38,603 bases of DNA from Macrostomum lignano (lineage: Eukaryota). The stretch spans positions 1-38,603 of the forward strand of contig NIVC01002027.1 in assembly GCA_002269645.1 (NCBI GenBank), written 5' to 3'. The notes under the pieces were generated by a model. That model was not told the DNA's origin. It worked only from the letters and a program-made list of their open reading frames with translations, and made no database searches. The position numbers were made by a program, and so were the translations under genes. Below, one piece after another: positions 33,756-38,603 of this stretch; position 1 is the stretch's first letter; every line of letters starts with the position of its first letter.

Positions 33756-36700
33756 CTGAAAATAGAGGATGGGAGCAGAGGAAGGAGTCTTATTGCATGT
33801 AATGCTAAATCAATTACTAGAAGTACGAGTAAACATAGTCATTAGTGTATTGGATTGATCCATTCTAGGCAATAAAAACAGCCAGAAAAGGTGAAGCAAA
33901 TTCTGAATAGAACACTACATATGGTTTCCAAGGTTTAGATATATGTATTTTTAGTATTATGGATACTAGCAATCCAGTGCCCCTTCGAAGCACCGCGCAA
34001 GCAAGAGATGAAAATTATTTATGTGAATCTTGCCTTGACATCTCAGCATTTCCCCCCAAGCCTTGACATCTCAGCATTCCCCCCAAGCCTTGACATCTCA
34101 GCATCCCCCCAAGCCTTGCATCTCAGCAATCCCCCCAAACCTTGACATCTAAGCAATTCCCCCCGTAAGCCTTGCCATCTCAGCAATTCCCCCGTAAGCC
34201 TTGCCATCTCAGCAATTCCCCCGTAAGCCTTGCCTCTCAGCAATTCCCCCGTAAGCCTTGAATCTTAGCAATTCCCTTGTATGCCTTGCCATCTCAGCAA
34301 TTCCCCCGTAAGCCTTGCCATCTCAGCAATTCCCCCCAAGCCTTGCCATCTCAGCAATTCCCCCCGTAAGCCTTGACATCCCAGCAATTCCCCCAAGCCT
34401 TGAAATCTTAGCAATTCCCTCGTATGCCTTGACATCTCAGAAATTCCCCCAGTAAGCCTTGACCTCTCAGCAATTCCCCCAGTAAGCCTTGACCTCTCAG
34501 CGATTCCCCCAGTGAGCCTTGACATCTCAGCAATTCCCCCATTAAGCCTTGACATCCCAGCAATTCCCCCAAGCCTTGAAATCTTAGCAATTCCCTCGTA
34601 TGCCTTGCCATCTCAGCAATTCCCCCGTAAGCCTTGACATCCCAGCAATTCCCCCAAGCCTTGAAATCTTAGCAATTCCCTCGTATGCCTTGCCATCTCA
34701 GCAATTCCCCCGTAAGCCTTGACATCCCAGCAATTCCCCCAAGCCTTGAAATCTTAGCAATTCCCTCGTATGCCTTGCCATCTCAGCAATTCCCCCCGTA
34801 AGCCTTGCCATCTCAGCAATTCCCCCCGTAAGCCTTGCCATCTCAGCAATTCCCCCCGTAAGCCTTGCCATCTCAGCAATTCCCCCATAAGCCGGAAAAT
34901 GTGAAGCAAATTCTGAATAGAAATCTGCATGTTTCCCAGGTTCAGGTAATACGTTAGTCATAGACATGTAAGCATAAGAAACAATATTTAATAATTGAAA
35001 AGCGAAAAATGAATGATTCGCGCAATGTCTATTGCAGCGAAATTGAGTTAAAATTTTACACAAATTTTAATGGCCATGAGCCTTAAATTCGGAGGAGACA
35101 CCAACACCCATAGTATCAAGATAGAATATTGTTAACTCACCAGTTGGTAATTCTCAAATACTCCTGTCCATTGTTGCCGATAGTTGTCGGAGCGGAGTCG
35201 GTCACGGCTCTGGTTTCATTTTCTGATGTCGAAGTCGCCGTCTGCAAGCGTCCGTTGAGCATGCCTTCCAGTCGTTGCAGTTTGCGTTTGGTGGTGTCCA
35301 GTTCGTGACGCAGTTTCCATAGCTGGGTCTCGCAGATCGGGTTTTGGCACTTGTGATGCTTGATGAGGTCGACTGTCTGGTTCACTGACTGCTCGAATGA
35401 CAGCAGCTGGCCCATGCTCTGTTTGGTTTGGATGAGTTGGATTGCGCAGCGATTTAGTCGAAGGAATCGCAAGACTTGGCAAAACAGCCTTAAGGGGAGT
35501 GAGGGGCAGGGAGTGAGGGGCAGGGAGTGAGGGGCAGGGAGTGAGGGGCAGGGAGTGAGGGGCAGGGAGTGAGGGGCAGGGAGTGAGGGGCAGGGAGTGA
35601 GGGGCAGGGAGTGAGGGGCAGGGAGTGAGGGCAGGGAGTGAGGGGCAGGGAGTGAGGGGCAGGGAGTGAGGGGCAGGAGTGAGGGGCAGGGAGTGAGGGG
35701 CAGGAGTGAGGGGCAGGGAGTGAGGGGCAGGGAGGGGCAGGGAGTGAGGGCAGGGAGTGAGGGGCAGGGAGTGAGGGGCAGGGAGTGAGGGGCAGGGAGT
35801 GAGGGCAGTGAGTGAGTGAAGTGCCTGGAACGTATTTGATGGGACAAGGGGAATTGAAAGTTCTTTACGCATGGTTCTTTATTTGTTCTCGTTTATCTAA
35901 TTGAGTTGCAGTCATTTTTACAGTAAAAGCTACAAAGCAGTCAGCAGCAATTCAGAAGGATTAGGGCAGAATCAGCTGTATTATTTTTCTTCCGCTTCGA
36001 TTCAAACTTCAAAATGTTTTGTTTTGAACAGAGTTGACAAGTGCAGAAAACAAATTGAGAAGTAAATAAGCTTGAATATAAATAAGCTCTGTCAGACAGC
36101 CACTCATCATTGAGTTTTATCTCGTATAGGTCAGTCCACGAATAGTTGGGTCTATAAGAAACCTGACTCACTCTATAGCAGCACAGAATCTAGCAAAATT
36201 TATGAGTAATTCAAGATGCGTGCCTCTAAACAGAATGAAATATAGCACGAACCCTAGTGGGCGAGTACTATTCGAGATTTGATTGATTTCTAGACTCATT
36301 TTTGTGCTGGGATTTTGTGCTTTTTTGTAGGGTGTGTGTTTCTTTTGGTTTTCTGGGTGACGGCCAGTCAGCTTGGTTGCTTTATTTTTTTTCTGTTGCT
36401 TTTACAGCCACAGTTCGTACATTATTTATTAAGCGGTGCTGCTCAGAGGACAAAATGCTTTATCCGCTCTGTTTTCTTACTTTTTCTAAACCTCATCCTG
36501 CTGATACAATTATCAGATGTGCCAAGTGGTAGGGTCTGTGGGGCCTGGAGTGAGGCAGTGAGGGTGTGAGGGGCCTGGAGTGAGGCAGTGAGGGTGTGAG
36601 GGGCCTGGAGTGAGGCAGTGAGGGTGTGAGGGGCCTGGAGTGAGGCAGTGAGGGTGTGAGGGGCCTGGAGTGAGGCAGTGAGGGTGTGAGGGGCCTGGTG

Positions 36701-38603
36701 AGGGTGTGAGGCGGAGTGAGGGTGTGAGGGGCCTGGAGTGAGGGTGTGAGGGGCCTGGAGTGAGGGTGTGAGGGGCCTGGAGTGAGGCAGTGAGGGCCTG
36801 GGGTGAGGCAGTGAGGGGCCTGGAGTCCCCATATCAGAGCAGTGCAGCCCGTCAGCGGCTCACAATGGACACGAGGCCGCAGCAGCCGTAGCGATCCCAT
36901 TTCTTGAGTTGCGGTCTCAGCCGCCTGTAGAAGCAGTGCTCTAGCAGCAGCAGCAGACAGCAGAACAGCATGCCGCCAATCAGGAGGATAAAAGCGCTGA
37001 TGAAGTTCTTAACGCCCAGGGTCTGGTTGGTGTTCCTGAGCTTTCCGCTCTGCTGGCAGGCGCCCGTGATCCAGTACTTGCTCCAGCGCTCCAGCAGGCC
37101 TGCGGCAGTTGATGTTTTCTAGTGGCTGTTCCATCTCAATCCAAATGCCAATCCCAATCCACATCCCCATCCCAATCCAAATCCCCATCCCAATCGCAAT
37201 CCACATCCCCATCCCAATCCAAAGCCACATCCCAATCCCAATCCCCATCTCAATCCAAAGCCACATCCCAATCCCAATTCCTATTCCAATCCAAATCCCC
37301 ATCCCAATCCCCATCCCAATACCAATCCCTATCTCAATGCCAAACCTAGATCCCAATTCCAATCCTAAATGTACATCCAATCCCATCTAAATGAAGACAG
37401 AATTCTAGCGGCTAAAACGCAGGCAGCATACCGGAGCTCCTGTAGGACAGGATCCTGTGGTTAATGCGGTGCCGCCATTTGGATCCCTTGGGCAGGCCGA
37501 TCCCGTAGCCGGTCATGGAGTACCAGTTGCCCACCGTCTTCAGCTTGCAGTCTTCGTCGTTGCCAACCCGGTACTGCAGCACCGTGGCGTCGTAAATGAA
37601 GGCGTCGATTTCGCTGGATTAAAAGGCAAACTGTTGTTGTAGTTTCCTCTGCCCTTTCTCCCTGCCCTTTTTCCTCTGCCCTTTCTCCTCCACCCTTTCT
37701 CTGCCTTTCTCCTCTGCCCTTTCTCCCTTGTCTTTCTGCCCTGCCCCTTCTCCTCCTCTCCCTGTTCTCGGATCCCCTGCCTTCTCCTATCGTTCGAGTC
37801 TCTGTCTATCCACGAGTATTTATTTCGATATATAGTTTTAATTTTTGCAATAAAATAGAATAATCTTACAAAGTTTTCAAAAGTGCGAATGCCCTCGTCA
37901 ATATTGCTTTTGCTATAGTTCGCATGTGCTTCGCAATGTCCGGATAATTCATCCGCATGTTCTCCTCGGTGGCTCCGGACGGTACCGTGGCGAAACGGAA
38001 CGGCGGTCGATGGCTGGTCGGATCCCGTAGACGCCAGTCGTTGATGCCGGACAGGTCGTAGTAAGACTCCTCGGCGATCATGAAGGCGGCAAGGTTGGCC
38101 GTGTACGAGGCCAGGAACACCAGGGCGAATAGGGCCCAGATGTTGCCTAGGAAACGGCTGGCAACGCCGCGCGGGTTGTCAGCGTTCACCGCGGCGCCGA
38201 ATAGCAATCGACCAGATCAGCCAGAGAGAACGGAATAGGCTGAACTTGTGCTCTGTGGGGGTGGTGTGAGGGTTGTAAAATAGACTGAACATTTGCTCCG
38301 TGGGTTGGGGTGGGGGTTGTAGAATAGGCTGAACTTGTGCTCTGCGGGGGGGTGTGAGGGTTGTAAAATAGACTGAACATTTGCTCCGTGGGGTTGGGGT
38401 GGGGGTTGTAGAATAGGCTTGTCAGCTGAACTTGTGCTCTGCAGAGCGGCGGCTTTTTGGAATAGATTGAAACCTTCTTTTCCTCACCCTGGGCGGCACG
38501 TTGCCTTTATCGAGGCCCTGTGGACTGAGCCACTCGAACAAGAACAGGGCAGCGCCGCAGGCGTGCACTGAGAACACGAGAATGAGACACCAGGACGGAT
38601 AGT
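33206..38603 (-). CDS. Nmdar2: NMDA-type ionotropic glutamate receptor, GluN2/NMDAR2-like subunit; 3' six exons, 5' part outside the window
   Basis: Exons on -: 38603-38488 (partial), 38252-37870, 37613-37432, 37099-36864, 35418-35141, 33755-33206. Motifs FLFEWLSP, SYTANLAAFM, RFATVP, AFIYDATVL, MTGYGIG, WITGAC, C-terminal ESVL. Needs small indel corrections. Confidence 0.93.
34031..34893. repeat. ~30-bp intronic minisatellite
   Basis: Unit AGCCTTGCCATCTCAGCAATTCCCCCCGTA with patterned variants. Confidence 0.97.
35141..35418 (-). CDS. Nmdar2: Nmdar2 exon, proximal C-tail (SMGQLLSFEQ...HKCQNPICETQLWKLRHELD...ITN)
   Basis: CAG acceptor in phase 0, GTGAGT donor; resembles the invertebrate NR2 tail SMGKSLTF..HRCNDPIC..LWKVKHELD as recalled. 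Confidence 0.88.
35494..35815. repeat. 14-bp G-rich intronic minisatellite
   Basis: Unit GAGGGGCAGGGAGT. Confidence 0.98.
36535..36826. repeat. 30-bp intronic minisatellite
   Basis: Unit GGGCCTGGAGTGAGGCAGTGAGGGTGTGAG. Confidence 0.97.
36864..37099 (-). CDS. Nmdar2: Nmdar2 exon, pre-M4 and M4 (GLLERWSKYWITGAC...AFILLIGGMLF...LEHCFY...CCGLVSI)
   Basis: CGCAG acceptor, GTGAGC donor, phases fit; not in the ORF track. Confidence 0.92.
37128..37388. repeat. Degenerate (ATCCCA)n hexamer array
   Basis: Directly visible. Confidence 0.95.
37432..37613 (-). CDS. Nmdar2: Nmdar2 exon, S2 ligand-binding domain (EIDAFIYDATVL...DCKLKTVGNWYSMTGYGIG)
   Basis: Conserved iGluR S2 motifs; CAG acceptor, GTATGC donor. 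Confidence 0.94.
37645..37790. repeat. CT-rich low-complexity intronic repeat
   Basis: CCTCTGCCCTTTCT-like units. Confidence 0.8.
37870..38252 (-). CDS. Nmdar2: Nmdar2 exon, M2 pore loop, M3 gate and S2 start
   Basis: EHKFSLFRSLWLIWS.LFGAAVNADNPRG...SYTANLAAFM...RFATVPSGATEEN; ORF 38207-37866 covers most of it; one extra T near 38206. Confidence 0.93.
38233..38445. repeat. ~44/89-bp tandem repeat containing copies of the splice acceptor and exon start
   Basis: CAG|AGCACAAGTTCAGC (minus strand) occurs with exon-start equivalents at 38438, 38341 and 38252. Confidence 0.9.
38488..38603 (-). CDS. Nmdar2: Nmdar2 exon, M1 (YPSWCLILVFSVHACGAALFLFEWLSPQG), truncated by the window end
   Basis: Conserved FEWxSP motif; GTGAGG donor at 38487. 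Confidence 0.9.

Noticed and set aside
33100-33759. Alternative frames 33741-33100 (-) and 33442-33759 (+) as genes
   Set aside because: Only the frame ending in KESVL matches the splice phase from the previous Nmdar2 exon; the others are overlapping GC-rich shadows.
35419-35488. Upstream AAG acceptor extending the Nmdar2 exon (LFCQVLRF...)
   Set aside because: Its phase is incompatible with the phase-0 donor at 36864; the CAG before SMGQ fits both phase and homology.

Overview
Eukaryotic (invertebrate animal) genomic DNA, not prokaryotic. Four protein-coding genes and one tRNA are supported. (1) A 15-exon anoctamin/TMEM16 (ANO7-like) gene on + at 1801-12453; its start exon was not identified. 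(2) A single-exon SMIM15/UPF0542 homologue on + at 24712-25053. (3) tRNA-Gln(TTG) at 25858-25930. (4) A small heat-shock protein with two alpha-crystallin domains and an intronless CDS on + at 30674-31501. (5) The 3' six exons of an invertebrate NMDA receptor GluN2-type subunit on - from the window end to 33206, ending in the PDZ ligand -ESVL. Most introns over about 500 bp, and every visible NMDAR2 intron, carry their own unrelated micro/minisatellite. The 12.5-33 kb interval instead holds transposon relics: a LINE with an internal inversion and a nested foldback MITE, Tc1/mariner MITEs, a Tc1 transposase relic and a Harbinger-like MITE. The two-domain sHSP and the repeat-filled introns fit a free-living flatworm such as Macrostomum (inference only). 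Several 1-nt indels in homopolymers break conserved exons in both large genes; noisy long-read consensus error is the most economical explanation. I found no convincing new multi-gene system. The best leads are the intron-restricted minisatellites, a tandem amplification of a splice acceptor plus exon start in Nmdar2, the clean RT-core inversion, the G/A pore loop of Nmdar2 and a possible dual promoter for the sHSP. All family assignments come from manual translation and remembered motifs, not database searches.
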